A stretch of DNA of 64,000 nt, taken from Mobula hypostoma (lineage: Eukaryota). The translations under genes and the position numbers were made by a program. Shown one piece after another: positions 36,701-50,748 of the stretch (its first letter is position 1; each line of letters opens with the position of its first letter). The notes below the pieces were generated by a model. That model had not been told where the DNA came from and searched no databases. It was given only the letters and a program-made list of their open reading frames with translations. The stretch is taken from contig NC_086097.1 of assembly GCF_963921235.1 (NCBI RefSeq), positions 54,128,001 through 54,192,000 of the forward strand, in the 5' to 3' direction.

Positions 36701-37794
36701 TGTGTTTGTCTAGTGAATACATAAGCAGATTATTACAACTATTCTCTCAAACAAATTCGCTTTCCCGCACAATCTAAATCTGTTTAGTCATATTTAATGG
36801 TGTCAATTATTGGAACAGGCTCAGGCTATGAATTTCTTACTAATGGCTTTAATAACATTAGTAAATGAAAACCAGATGACTCTACGTTGGCTTACTTTGA
36901 AAAGACATATGAGTATTTCTGTTTTTAATTTATATCCTCTTCTACATCTGGAATTCCTTATAATTAAAACTAAAAGCTCAACTACTATTTCCACCTCTCA
37001 AATGTTGAAAAGATGAATACAGTAATAGGTTTCTAAACAGTCAGAGTACACAAACATTTGCTTTTATTTACTGTGGACCAAGGAGAATATCCATACTAAT
37101 TTCTCCGATCAATTTCAGATAAAGATTCTACATCCTGAGTAAGTGTTTGAAAGAATAAAAATTGTTATTTACAAAGTAACTTTTGCACCTCATATAAAGC
37201 TGCATTCCCTTTTCTGAAACCATAATTTTAAACAAACATTTCTAATCCAGCATGAAAGATCAGATATATCGTTACACATGTGATACAATTACATTTTCTT
37301 CCATCTAAATTGCCCTATGAAAGGGGTCAGGTTTTGTTCAGATTGCAGGTGGTTAACCCTTCTGACCGGGTTTTCACATATCATACGCTATCAGTTGGCA
37401 CACAAAATGTGGATTTAATCATTCTTTGATTTTTCTTCAATTCCTCTAAGAAACCATTGTGACACTATCTCACTAAAGGTCCTGCCATGTAAACCAGTGG
37501 GCTATTCATCATATGGCTCCATGATGCAGTGTGCAAGAGCTACCAGGGCCAATATTGCTGTTCATCTGCTAACACAGTCTCTTTCCTTCCACCTACATTT
37601 TCTAACATACATTGTAAACCATTTAAATCCATCAAAGCAACACAATGCCAAAAGCAGTAATCCAAAAGGTAATTGTACAATTGTTTATCAGTAGATCCAA
37701 AAGTAGTCTTCGTTATTACATATTTATGATCCACATATTTACATATTTATTATTCACATGTTCATTATTCGTCAGGTAGCCAAAACTATCCCCA

Positions 37795-38268
37795 ATGCAT
37801 CAGCAGCACCAGCCTCCCTACCATCAAGGACACATCTACAGAAAGGAGTTGGAATATGCCAGCAACATCATGAAAGCGCGTGCACTGTTTGTCCCACTCC
37901 CATCAGGGAGGAGGCTACATAGCATCCACCCCAGGCCCACCAGGCTCAAAAACGGTTACTTTTCCCAAGCAGTAAGGCTGATCATCACCTCCACCCACTA
38001 ACCCACCCCTCTACACCCCCACCACCACTACTTTATCATTTCCTGTCAGAGTCACCGTATGTACAGACTCTCCTGTGCCCAGCATCACCTCATGGGCATA
38101 CAATCTGTGTATATACGCTATCTTATATATTTATATTTATTGTGTTTTTTATTATTATGTACTTTATCTTATTGTGTATTTTTTGTGCTACACCAGATCC
38201 AGAGTGACAATTGTTTTGTTCTCCTTTACAATTGTGCACAGAAAATGACATTAAACAGTCTTGAATCT
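37795..38268 (+). mobile_element. Rex1/Babar 3' fragment
   Basis: LFVPLPSGRRLHSIHPRPTRLKNGYFSQAVRLI plus 3' UTR ending cttgaatctt. Confidence 0.8.
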
Positions 38269-39217
38269 TTTCAGACAATTTGAAGAAAGCCTGTACCCTG
38301 AATATGGAAAGTATTGTTCTGCCTTGCTGGTGTTCAGCACGTATATGCACAGTGATGTGCTTCTCTAATCTTCTCTGCCTTGATTGATACTTTGTGTGGA
38401 GCTATCCACAAAGCCTAAAAACATCTTGTGACCCCTAATCTCGCTGCATTGTCCATATTTTTACATCAGGAATAAATTAGCATACCATCTGGTTTAAGAT
38501 AAACTTCCATGATAAAGAAGTTTGCTTCATTTTCCATGCATCACAACTCAATCAATGAATCAGATAATGTTTGCATTTTGACATAAATACTGGTAGTATT
38601 TTGTGCTGATATTTTAATTTAGTAACCAGATTTTTAAATTTAGTAAATTCTATGAACAGTGAAACAAGGATGAAGTGATCACTGTTAAAGATAACTAATG
38701 TTTAAAATGGTCAGTATTTAAATTAAAAACATTTATTTTCTACCTGCCTACGTTTGTTGTCTGACAACAATTCAAGCTTGCTGTAATTCATAAATCCTGA
38801 TGGGGATAGTACCCATTACAAGGCTGACTAAGTGCTGTAATAGAGAATTGAAATTTAAATACACGAGTATTCGAAAGTGTTATAAAATACTTTTGTAGAT
38901 ATATTAAAATGACTTACAAGTCGGGCTGTGTTGCTATTAAACTATATTAATAATACAATAGCAATCTCGGCCTGAGAAATGCTCCAAATACAGAAATACA
39001 AACAAATTCAGGGATTAAATTCTAATTAGACTTTAAGGGCAAAAGTTATTCCTAGGGGCATAAAATTTTTAAAAGAGGAATTTTTTTAACACTTACATTC
39101 TTAATGTATTCAAATCATGACTGTTGCTTAAAAATACAGCATGCCAAACTTTCATCAAACTGGCAAGTGCCTTGCATTTTGGTGATATGGATGAATCAAT
39201 TTATCAGCTAATTATAA

Positions 39218-39792
39218 ACATAAGAGATTGTGCAGATGCTGTAAATTCAGAGCAACACACACAAAACATTGGAGGAAATCAGCAGAGACCTATGGAAAGG
39301 AATGGGAATGGGCCTCCTCAACTATCACGATGAGGTCTGCCTCAAGTTGGAGAAGCAACACCTCTTATTCTATTTGGGTAGCCTCCAACCTGGTAGCATG
39401 AACATCGATTTCCCTAACTTTGGTAATTCTCCCTCTTCTTCAATTCCCCACCCTGGCTCCCCTCTTACCTCTTCTCTTTTCCTCACTTGCTTATCACCTC
39501 CCCTGGTACCACTCCTGCTTCCCATTCTCCTATGCTCCTTTCTCCTGTCCAATCAGATTCCTTCTCCTCCAGTCCTTTACCTTTTACAGCTATCTTACCT
39601 ATCACATTCCAGCCTCTTACATCACCACGCTCCCCCATCCTCCTGGTGTCACCTATCGCCTTCTATCTTGTATTCCTTCCCCTCCCTTTTCCAGTGCTGG
39701 TGAAGGGTCTCGGCCTGAAACCTCAACTGTTTATTCATTTCCATAGGTGCCGCCTGACCTGCTGAGAATTGCCAGTAATTTGTCTGTGTTAC
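39218..39792 (+). mobile_element. Older Penelope 3' fragment with inverted tail at its 5' side; degenerate hammerhead 39693-39728
   Basis: GLLNYHDEVCLKLEKQHLLFYLGSLQPGSMNIDF; 39218-39285 is an inverted copy of the tail. Confidence 0.82.
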
Positions 39793-41422
39793 TATCAATT
39801 TACTTAATACTGCTTCTGTGAAGCAACCTGAGATCCTATATTAAATTGCTTTATAAATGCAAATTGCTGTTGTTATCCATCTCAACACACATGAAAGTCA
39901 AGTGCAGGCTGAACTTAAAAGAATCAAGTGTAAAGAAGCCATTCTGAGGGCAGCTCCTGGTACAACATGGCAAAGAAGTTAGCACGATTGTTTTTGAAAC
40001 ATGCTGTCACATGTTGTGCAGATAAAACACCTATGTCAGACAGTGCCATCTCTATTGCTTGCCTCTACCATTAACAATTTTCACCCCAAACATAGTATAT
40101 GCACTGAAATGTTTCAGATTTAATGTATGAAAACTCAGTTCAACAGAACACATTAAGCATTCTATTGCTGCATTTAATATGCTGGTGAACGATCCAGGAA
40201 ATACACAGAAGGGATCCCTTGTCAAGTGTTGTAAGACCATCTCTGGGTGAAGAGAAGTACATTAGATTTCTTCATTGTTCATTCATGCTCGGGAAAATTA
40301 CTGCTTTTGTGTAGATTAAAGTTACACATCATCACTTGCGCTCATTCATCTGTTGTCTCTGTGGTTGCATACAATCAGTGGAATAATCACAGAATGACAT
40401 CATTTTCTGTATTAAAATTTTCCCTTCCGGAATCTTCTGAAAGGCAATGAACGACTGAAACACTTGTCACAGATGCAATAAAAAACGGTTCACGCCCCTA
40501 TTTATCAAGTCTCCTATTACTACAGCATTGAGGCTTTGACTCCTCCCTTAAAACATTTTAGGCAGTTTTTTGTTCTTCGCTTATGAATTGACAAAGGGGA
40601 AGATATGAAAGAACTTGCATTTTTATTGCGACTTTTCTGCTGTTTTGCAACAATATAAAGCTCAGCATGATATCACAAAACAATAGTTACCACACTCATA
40701 AAGAAACATTATGAACAGAGTTACCTTTCTGGAAAATGTTTATTGAGCAAGCTTCCATAAATTACAAGTGTTATGGAAAAATGCATCCTGAGTGTTTTCA
40801 TGCAATACATTCTTGGGGTGGAGGGAGGTGTGCTATTTTTTAAAAGTAAGAGTAGATTCATAAGTCAAGAAAAAGCACGCTAAAGTGTCAAGGGTACTAC
40901 AGTGAAAAGTTACAGATGGAACTTCCATGAATCGAGAAACGTTAGCTCTGTGTGATATTTTCTGAAGTTAATTACTGTTATGTGGATAAATCCACTCTCT
41001 TCAATGGATTAGTGGATTAATATTCCGTGTAGTATTCTACTGTACGGACTGAGATTACTGTCTAGTTTGTGATACACTAACTAAATAAGTCAGGGTATCT
41101 AATAAAACTCTCAGTTGGAATGGGTTTGGTAAAAATAAAGACAGTTACTGTTCTCCAGTGTTTTCTCTGGAATGTACGCATCAGGGAACCAGCAAGAACA
41201 AATTCAGGTTTGTCCTGCTGGTCTGACGGTGCTCTATTCTGCTAGTTTTCACTATCACATGAAGAACGGCTATTTTGATGAAGTACCAGAGAACTTATAA
41301 CATGCAGGAGAAGTACATCTAATTAGAAGCCAGCAGCTTTAGCAGAAAAGTACTGAAAAGGAAAAGCACTCACAAAAGCAGAAGATGCACGCTTGCCTCA
41401 TGCACTGGGGTGCTCTCTACAG

Positions 41423-42545
41423 TTAATTGATGAGGTGAGCACAGTCTTCGGCCAGGAGCTGATGTCGTCAGGTGGTGCCCAACCTTCATAGGAGTGTTTC
41501 AGCCCTTAACCATGACACTCTCCAGTTGGTGGGTCAGCAGTGGTGGCCAAGTCATTGCCCATCTGCTCCTGACGTCCAGCTCAACTCCTCTCGCCTGCTC
41601 CATTTCCAGCAAGAGGCTCTTTCTGCTCCCCGCCCCCCCATCCTGTAAACTGCTTGGTTCTTGCAGTTTTCATTAAGGCCCAGCTCAGACAGCAACCTCC
41701 ATGCTGACCTTGCTGGGAACCCTCTTCAGCCCATCTCCACGGGGAATAGCCACATCTGCCATCCTTTGTCCCTGCACTCCTGGACCAAGGGCTGGTACTT
41801 CAGGGCCTTCCTCTCGTGGGCCTCCTCACATCCTTCCTCCCATGGTACTGTGAGCTCCACCAGGATGATTTTCTTGTCTCTGGTGGACCATGGTACGACA
41901 TCTAATCGAAGTGTGGTCTGCACACCTCCAGGAACTACAACTTCCTTCCCACACCAACCCTCATCTCCAGTGATTCGGCAGTTTGCAGCAGATTGGATTT
42001 AGGCTTCTTTGATATAACTGGCATTTGCCCTCTCCTTGATGAAAATGACTGCCCTGTTTGCCTCTCCGCCAGCTGGTCTCGTTTTCACCTCTCCCACTTC
42101 TGTGAGTCAGCAAGGGGCAGCCAGACCTTGTTGTGGCGCCACCTACACTGTCCCTGTGTTGAAGTAGTTTTGCATCCTGACAGTCTGTGTGCCAGTGAAC
42201 CCTGCTGACCACAAAGCTTGCAGTTAGGGTCCTCTCTCAGTCCCCATGTGAGCAGCTGTGATGGTGTCGGGAGAGTATCATACACGGACCGCAGGAGGAA
42301 AGAACTGTGGAAGAGCTCCACTCCCCAAAGCTCTGCCCAAGTTATCTTGTGTTTGAGAAGATCCTATTTTGTCCAGGTGCCCTGTGACCCCAACGCCACC
42401 GCCTTCAATAACGCCTTTTATCCTCGTGGTTCCGTACCTCTGCCTGGACCACGTCTTGCACTTACATTCCCCCGCCACTGGAAGTGTGCAGAACTGAGGC
42501 CTCGCCGTCCCAGGCATGGGTTGCCGATGACATCTCTCAATTCCG
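41423..42545 (-). mobile_element. R2-group (HERO-like) non-LTR retrotransposon 3' fragment
   Basis: FLLRSVYDTLPTP, CCHC knuckle CKLCGQQGSLAHRLSGC, RWRHNKV, restriction-like nuclease TTLRLDVV..IILVELTVPWEE..ERKALKY..PVEMG. Confidence 0.9.
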
Positions 42546-44049
42546 ACAAGCTAGAAGCATTGAAAATGTTAATAATATAAAATTATTGATAAAGAACAAG
42601 CTTTCAGAGTTCCAACACTGAGGAGAAGAAAATATTATTTATACCGGATAGAAAAACAGAAAAGCAAAAGCTGTAGAAAATATATTCAGGCCATTTGTAA
42701 AATAAGCTGCTGATGTACTTCTACCTATTTCAAACAGAAGCCAAGGACATTTATTTTATCTCAATAACCTCTTACAGAACATTACAAAATATCATAATAA
42801 GATCATAAAAAGGAATATCACAATATTACAATCTTCCAATATATAACAAATCAGAAGCAAAAGAGCTACCCTTATTTGTGAAAAAAAAAGCATTACGGTG
42901 GGGCGGGTGGATCTCGCTGTATATGAGATCACTGTGGGAACAGGAGCAGCAGTGGAAAACTCAGCCTGATCCACCATTCAATAAGATCCTCAAGTCTATT
43001 TTCCAGCACTCTCTCCATAATCCTTGATTAATTCATTGATTACAAATCTATGGCAGCTTTGATTTCAGCTTCCAGAAAGCATGAGGATTAACAGGATTGA
43101 TCTAGATGTAAAAAAAAAACTTAGATTTTTCAGTGAAGAAACTACCTGTGTACTAGACAAAATGTACAGGAACATCTAAGACCCTTGCAAGAGATTACAC
43201 GACCTTAATTCCTGAGAGTCCTTCTTCATATCTGAAAGACTGATGACAGGATGATCTTCCATTTCAAAAGATGTGCATATTTTATTACATTTGTGTGAGA
43301 GAACATACTTAATAATAAATATATTCTGAAAAAAACTTTCGTAAGCAATTAATTTCCATCTGCAGTAAGCTATTCCCCTTAAAAACAAGTTATTTTATCA
43401 ACCCCAGTGCACCCTAGTGACCTAAAATGACCTTGCCCCTCTAGTCCTGTAGTCTGCATTATAAATCACCCATAATGATCCAAAGTTCACGTAACAAAAG
43501 TCTCAGAATGAGTCAATAGCCTGTTTTCAAATTGTAAGAAGTATCACCTTTCCAGTTTGTGAGATTTGGGTTCATCCCAATGAAAGCTTTTAACAGGTCA
43601 ATCAATTAAAAGTTTTTAAAAATTGCTTTAAATTAAATTAATGTAGGTAAATAAATATATACGTGTATGCTGATAAATAAATTTAAGACACTGATCATGG
43701 GAGCACAGTTTCCGAGGCTTATCTTGGCATTGCACCAGTCTCAAAGACAATAGCTTCCCCATTGTCGTATTACAGTCAATTCACTGAAGCAATGTGTTCG
43801 ACTGGACTGAATGAAAATTATTACGTATATTCCTGCTGCTTGGAGGTGCAGGCAGCATGGATCTGAGCACTGCTTTGATTAGCAAAATAATATCATGTCT
43901 GTATACTCAAACTTATTCTACACAATGAAGTACAGTAAGTTTGACATGGAACAGTGCAGTTAGAGTTTTGTACACTGCAAAATACCACAAATAGAAAAAG
44001 ATAGGTTTTTCTTTGTATTTGTTTGTTGGTTACGAGGATAACTCACTGT

Positions 44050-44077
44050 CTCTCTCTTCAGGAGAAAATGAGATCTA
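44050..44077 (-). other. Weak candidate small exon (~28 nt)
   Basis: Acceptor ctttttcaatcgtacatgttttag and donor gtgagt; too short to assess. Confidence 0.2.
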
Positions 44078-46222
44078 AAACATGTACGATTGAAAAAGTA
44101 ATTGAAAGGAAGCTGCACGGAGAATTGTGAATGCCTCCACTCCGGCATTGAAATTTCACTCAAGTGATGTTCCCTTCTTAGGCCTGAGGTGTGCCCTCCC
44201 TGTACAGCTCTCTGGCTCAAAGGGAAAAATGATATGAACTGAGATAAGATTATATATTGAAAATATCAAACACTATAAAACTAATTGGTTTAATTTGTGG
44301 TTTCCTGGTCCTTTATTAGTAGCCCACATTAGATTGATCTTCCTGGTATGTGCAAGTTTGTGACTCACAGAATCCTATTTTCAAAATTACCCTACACTTT
44401 ATGTTTGGAAGTTTTAACCTTATCTACTGGTATCGGTAATGGTTTCGTATTGTCACATATACAGTAAAAAGCTTTTATTTGTGAGCCATGTAGCTAGATT
44501 ATGTCATATATAAGAACCTTGAGGGAGTAAAAAACAAAAATGAAAGCAAAATATGGCTTTGTAATTCCAGAGAAAGTTTATTGCAAGTAGACAATATTTA
44601 TATTATTTATTATAAATTACTATAATTGCTCATTTGAACGGAAACGTAACGTATAAAGATTTTTACACCCCTTGTATATGGAGTAAATGAAGTAATAAAG
44701 TCAATTCAATTCAATTCATTCCAACGAAGTGCAAGATTACAATGAGGGAGAGTAGGCTATCAACATTTAACAAATCACATTATTGGCTTAGCAGATGGAG
44801 TTTATCTGAGGTCTCAAGCTAAGTACACAGACAGTCTCCAGTGCATCAGAGGCAAGCTAACAGAAAATGGTTAGGTAGATAGGGTAGGCAGAGAAATAGA
44901 TAAACATATATAGTATTAGAAAGATAGGTATTAAGCTGGTGGGGATGAAAGGGAAACATTCCATTGCCAACAAAACTCCTCATTCCCAATTGGTCTTGAA
45001 TGAAGTGGTGTGATGTACCATTTCTGAAGACACCTAAAAGCCCACACCTCTGCATGGTCTATGGCTACAAAAAGTTGGTTTTCTTCTGCAAAAACATTAT
45101 GAACTCCTTGCTTTTATTGTACATCAAAACTAAATGTATATTTAGTATCAAAGTACATTAATGTTACCATATTAATGTTACCTTGAAATTCATTTTCTTA
45201 TAAGCATTCACAGTGGAACAAAGGAGGAGAACAGAATTTCATTGAAAACTCTGCATAAAACAAAGACTAAACAACCAATACACAAAAGAAAACAAACTAC
45301 AAATAAATAAAATACACTAAGAACAAGAGTTGTAAAGAATACTTGAACGTGAGTCTGTAGGCCATTGGATCAGTGCAGTTCAGCGGTGATTGACATCCAC
45401 ACTAGTCCAGGAGCCTGGTAGTTGTAGAGTAATAACTGTTCCTGAACCTGGTGGTGTGGGACCCAAGCTTCTGACACCCCTTGCTTGATGATAGTAGCGA
45501 GAAAAGAGCATGATATTGATAGTGGATGTCTTTGATGCTGGGTGCTGATTTTCTTGTGATGCCACTCTGTGAAATTATACCCAATGGTAGTGATGGTTTT
45601 GCGTCTGATGGACTGCGCTGTACCCACCACTTTCTGCAGCCTTTTCCATTCCTGGGCAATGGTGTTTCCACACCAGGCCATGATGCACGCAGTTAGGATG
45701 CTCTCATTTGCATTTATAGAACTTTGTCCAAGGGCCTGGTGACATGCTGAATCTAATGAAGGAGAAGTTTTCTCGCACCTTCTTTGTGGAAACTCTTATT
45801 TACTGGTCCCAGGACAGATCCTCTGATATGTTAACACCAACAAATTTAAAGCTATTGACCCTCTCCATCTCCGTTCCACTAATGAAGACTAGCTGACGGG
45901 CCTTCGGATTCTTCATCCTGTAGTTGATAATCAGCTCTTCGATTTTACTGGCATCGAGTGAGAGGTTGCTGTTGTGGGCATCCAGACTTTCAAATTCCCT
46001 TTAAATGTCAATTTGTCACCACCTTTGATTCCACCAACAATCAGCATTGGAGGTGTACTTAGCCACACAGGGATAAGATGAGTAGTGAAGGGGGCTAAGA
46101 TCACAGCCCTGTGGTGTACATGTGCTGATGGTGGGCGTGGAGGAGATATTGTTCCTAATCTATACTATCCAGGATCTACCAGAGAGGAAATCGAGGATCC
46201 ACCTGCACAGGGAGGGATTAAG

Positions 46223-46559
46223 TAATGCTCCCTCTAAGGTGTGTGTGTCTGCAGATTTTAGAACCAGCTTATTTACACTATTTTTATTGAAGAAATTATT
46301 AATTCACTACATCAAATTCCAGAGAAGCAAAGGCTGTGAAGTGCAAAAGAACTGCTAGTTCATTTATTAACTGCTACACCAAAATTTTATGAGGTCAAGA
46401 ATGTGCAGTTATCAGAAATATTAATGTACATTGCTCACTGTTAAAATGAATACCTCTACATATAAAATTCAGTGCACATGTGTTGTTGTCACTAGGCAAA
46501 AAATTGCACAGGACAAGATTTTTGTGCACACTGGTCATTACAAATTAGAGGGAACTTTG
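46223..46559. mobile_element. hAT-type MITE (~337 bp)
   Basis: TIRs taatgctccctctaa / ttagagggaactttg; 8-bp flanks ggattaag/ggaccaag; interrupts Rex1. Confidence 0.7.
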
Positions 46560-46581
46560 GGACCAAGAACCAGGTATTGGA

Positions 46582-47893
46582 AACACGAGGAAATCTGCAG
46601 ATGCTGGAAATTCAAGCAACACACATAAAAGTTGCTGGTGAACGCAGCAGGCCAGGCAGCATCTATAGGAAGAGGTACAGTCAACGTTTCAGGCCGAGAC
46701 CCTTCATCAGGACTAACTGAAAGAAGAGTTAGTAAGAGATTTGAAAGGGGGAGGGGGAGGGGGAGGGGAGGGGAGGGGGAGATCCAAAATGATAGGAGAA
46801 GACAGGAGGGGGAGGGATGGAGCCAAGAGCTGGAAAGTTGATTGGCAAAAGGGAAATGAGAGGATCATGGGATGGGAGGCCTAGGGAGAAAGAAAGGGGG
46901 GGGGCCCAGAGGATGGGCAAGGAGTATAGTGAGAGGGACAGAGGGAGAAAAAGGAGAGAGAAAAAATATATAATAATAATAAATAAATAACGGATGGGGT
47001 ATGAAGGGGAGGTGGAGCATTAACAGAAGTCAGAGAAGTCAATGTTCATGCCTTCAAGTTGGGGGCTATCCAGATGCAATATAAGGTGTTGTTCCTCCAA
47101 CCTGAGTGTGGCTTCATCTTGGCAGTAGAGGAGGCCATGGATAGACATATCAGAATGGGAATGGGATGTGGAATTAAAATGTGTGGCCACTGGGAGATCT
47201 TGCTTTCTCTGGTGGACAGAGCGTAGGTGTTCAGCGAAATGGTCTCCCAGCCTGCATCAGGTCTCGCCAATATATATAGAAGGCCGCATTGGGAGTACTG
47301 GAAGCAGTATATCACCCCAGCCGACTCACAGGTGAAGTGTCACCTTGTCTGGGGCCCTGAATGGTCGTGAGGGGGGAAGTGTAAGGGCATGTGTAGCACT
47401 TGTTCCACTTACAAGGATAAGTGCTGGGAGGGAGATCAGTGGGGAGGGATGAGGGGAACAAATGGACAAGGGAGTCGTGTAGGGAACGATCCCTGTGGAA
47501 AGCAGAGGGGGGGGAGGGAAAGATGTGCTTGGTGGTGGGATCCCGTTGGAGGTGGTGGAAGTTACAGAGAATTATATGTTGGACCCGGAGGCTGGTGGGG
47601 TGGTAGGTGAGGACCAGGGGAACCCTATTCCTAGTGGGGTGACAGGAGGATGGGGTGAGAGCAGATGTGCGTGAAATGGGAGAGACGCGTTTGAGAGCAG
47701 AGTTGATGGTGGAAGAAGGGAAGCTCCTTTCTTTAAAAAAGGAGGACATCTCCTTCGTCCTGGAATGAAAAGCCTCATCCTGAGAGCAGATGCAGTGGAG
47801 ACAGTGGAATTGAGAGAAGGGGATGGCATTTTTTCAAGAGACAGGGTGAGAAGAGGAATAGTCCAGATAGCTGTGAGAATCCGTAGGCTTATA
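46582..47893 (-). mobile_element. 5'-truncated Penelope-like element
   Basis: RT thumb (YYKPTDSHSYLDY), RVPLVLTYHP, CNKCYTCP, GIY-YIG (IYCFQYSQCGLLYI); TSD gtattgga at 46574-46581 and 47894-47901. Confidence 0.93.
46679..46714 (-). ncRNA. Minimal hammerhead motif (CUGAUGA/GAAA intact, GUU triplet)
   Basis: Reverse complement agtc ctgatga agggtctcggcct gaaa cgtt gact. Confidence 0.7.
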
Positions 47894-49227
47894 GTATTGG
47901 AGATTAGTGATGAGTTGAGGGGATGATAATATTGACTGCTGAGCTGTAGTTAATGAAGAGCATCCTGATATATGCATCTTCATTGTCCAGGCGTGCCAAT
48001 GAAATGGCATCTGCTGTTGACCTGTTGTGATTGATGGAAAATTTGAGAGTATCCAGTCACTTCTCAGGCAGAGTTTATTTGCCTCATGAGCAACCTTTTG
48101 AAGCACTTCATCATGGTGGATGTACATGCTACTGGATGGTAGTCTTTCAGCCAGGTTACCACTCTCTTCGAGGGCACCTGTATGATTGATATGGGTACCT
48201 CAGACTGCCAAAGAGAAAGGTTGAAGATGTTAAAAACACTCCAGCCTGTTGATTAGCACAGGTCTTCAATACTCAGCCAGGTACACCATCTGGGTCAAAT
48301 ATCTGAAGGACGCGCTGGCGTTGGCCTGAGAGACTGAGATCGCAATTGTGGGTGCTCCATGTTCTGTCAGTCAAAGCCAGCTTAAAAGGCATTGAGCTGA
48401 TCTGTGAGTGAAAGCTTGTTGTAATTTATGTTCCTTGGTTTTGTTCTGTAGTAGATGATGGTAGTCAGCCCCTGCCACAGACGGTGAGCATCCCTAAGTG
48501 ATTCAAGTTTAGTCAAGAATTGCCACTTTGCACATGAGATGGCTTTCCAGAGATCACACTTGAACTGCTTCTGCTTTCCTGGAACACAAGTCCTAAATGC
48601 CACTGATCGGGCCCCCAGCAGATTTTGACTCTCTCAGTTCATCCAGGGATTCTGGTTGGGGAAGAGGCTGCGTCTGAACCCATTTTGGCGGCTACAAACA
48701 TTCTCTGCATCTTCTCACAGTCTTAAAGATCCTCCTTAATACCATTATATCCTCCTTGATACCAGATCAATAATACCATCGATCTGTGCATTCAGTCACC
48801 AGTCCGAGTAGATCTTTCCATTGTCTTAGTGTCAATTTCTTTTCTGTATGGTCCTGTGAATCCCATTTTGGCTCTTTATTGCATTCAAGGTTCTTTAAAA
48901 TACAATTTTTGTTTGTAAAATGGTCTGATGAAGGAGCTTTCACAATGCTGATGAGTAGAGAACAGTGCATTTCCTAATCAGGATGGTGTGCAGTTTGGGG
49001 TGGCATTCTAATGTGCCTGATACCTTTGTCCTTATAGATGGAAGAGTAACTCCAAGTGGGAAGTGTTGCTGAAGAAGTCCTTGCCGAGTTGCTGCACTTT
49101 GTGTTGTAGTTGATAATGACCACAGAAAATTTCTAAAACATATTTATTCATACATGAAATGAAGATCTGCCCACTTTTTATCATTGATGAACCAGCTGAA
49201 GACAGTGCCCCTGCAGTGATGTTACTG

Positions 49228-49866
49228 TTAAGGCGGGAGGAGAAGATGGCTGCGCGACGCAGCGCACGTAGCCTCTCCGGTGAAATGATATTGTATTTGT
49301 AAGTAGGACGCCGTGCACAATTCTGATTTGATGAAGACAGACGTGAGAAGCAGAGGAACATCTGGAGAAATTTCTGAAATGCCCGGTTCGCTGCCGCTGC
49401 TACTGTGCGATCGAGAATCTCCAGAGGGAAGGCCCCAAAATCCCCGGCTTTGCCTGCTGCTGGCGACCGACGCTGAGGTCGAAGTGTTCGGCAGAGATGG
49501 TGCTTGGTACTCGGTGTCGGAGGTCTGATCAGAGCTTGAAGTTTTCGGACGACTCTGAGTCAGACTGTGGTCGGGCATGGCAGGGAGAGTTTTTTTCCTT
49601 CTCCCGTCTGCATGAGATGTGGGACTTTCAAGAGACTGAACTTTTTTTACTGTGCCATGGCCTGTTCTTCATCAAGTTATGGTATTGTTGCACTGTTTTA
49701 ACTATATGTTATAATGATGTGGTTTTTTGTTAGTTTTTCAGTCTTGGTCTGTCCTGTGTTTTGTGATATCACATCGGAGGAATATTGTATCATTTCTTAA
49801 TGCATGCATTACTAAATGACAATAAAAGAGGACTGCATGTCCTCATAATCTAATAATCTAATCTAA
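49228..49866 (+). mobile_element. Young CpG-rich non-autonomous retroposon with (TAATC)n tail
   Basis: Starts ggaggagaagatggctgcg, no coding capacity, AATAAA then taatctaataatctaatctaa. Confidence 0.65.
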
Positions 49867-50404
49867 TTCAATGCCCCTTTCTAATGTTGATGTGGTGCTG
49901 CAAAGCCATAAATTTTCATAATTGTCATGACCATTATTCATTAACCACTGCACACCATGAACACTACTGCAGTACACATTTATCAGGATGGCTTGAAGAA
50001 CAGCTGCTAAATAGCCAAATACCTAAAACTGCTAGATAGCTTATTGGTATTCAGAATATGCAGGGACACACTCCAGAAATTTAAGCAACTTTAAAATGTC
50101 AAAAGCACAAGGCCCTCCAGCAAGCAATATGTAAGAAGACAGAAATGCAAAATGGTTTGTGCATTACTTGTGATACCCCAGACTGATAAGACCCTTAGAG
50201 AGCATTGAATATACACTGTTCATACTTGCCTGAATGGAGAGTGAGCATACTTTCATAGACACTGTTATTTTTTTTTAACTTATTATGTATCTTCTAACTG
50301 ATTTTCTACTTGTTTAGATACAATCTACTTGTTTAGGCACAATTTACCCCTTGTCTGTTGCTGACACACTTCATCCAAAGAGGACAGTAGACAATATGTC
50401 ATTG

Positions 50405-50748
50405 GAGGCACAGTGGAGCAGTCTGTGGAACTGTTGCCTCACAACACCGTGGAGATTAGCTTAATCGTGACCTTAAGTGCCTCTTGTGTGCTTGGTACGT
50501 TCTCTCTAATATTGCATTGGTTTCCTCCCACATTCCTAAGGTGTGTGGGTTGGCAAGTTAATTGTTCAATTAAATTGTCCCCGGTGTGGGTGAGTGCTGG
50601 AATCTGGGAAAGCAGAGGAGAATACAGGGAAAATAAATGAACTGGGGACTAATTATGGATTCGTGCAAATGTATGGCTTGATGGTCAGTGTGGACTCGAT
50701 GGGCCGAAGGGCCTGTTTCCAAGCTGCATCACTTCATGCCTCTATGTG
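50405..50748 (+). mobile_element. Old tRNA-derived SINE (HE1-like) with CR1-derived tail
   Basis: Head ggcacagtggagcag, tail gggccgaagggcctgtttcc..ctatg shared with CR1 3' ends in this window. Confidence 0.75.

Larger units (their letters stand above)
45125..48680 (-). mobile_element. Old Rex1/Babar element carrying a hAT MITE and a Penelope insertion
   Basis: AWCGNTIAQEWKRLQKVV, HTTRFRNSYY, AKWQFLTKLES..LWQGLTTIIYY; RT motifs continue across both insertions. Confidence 0.8.
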
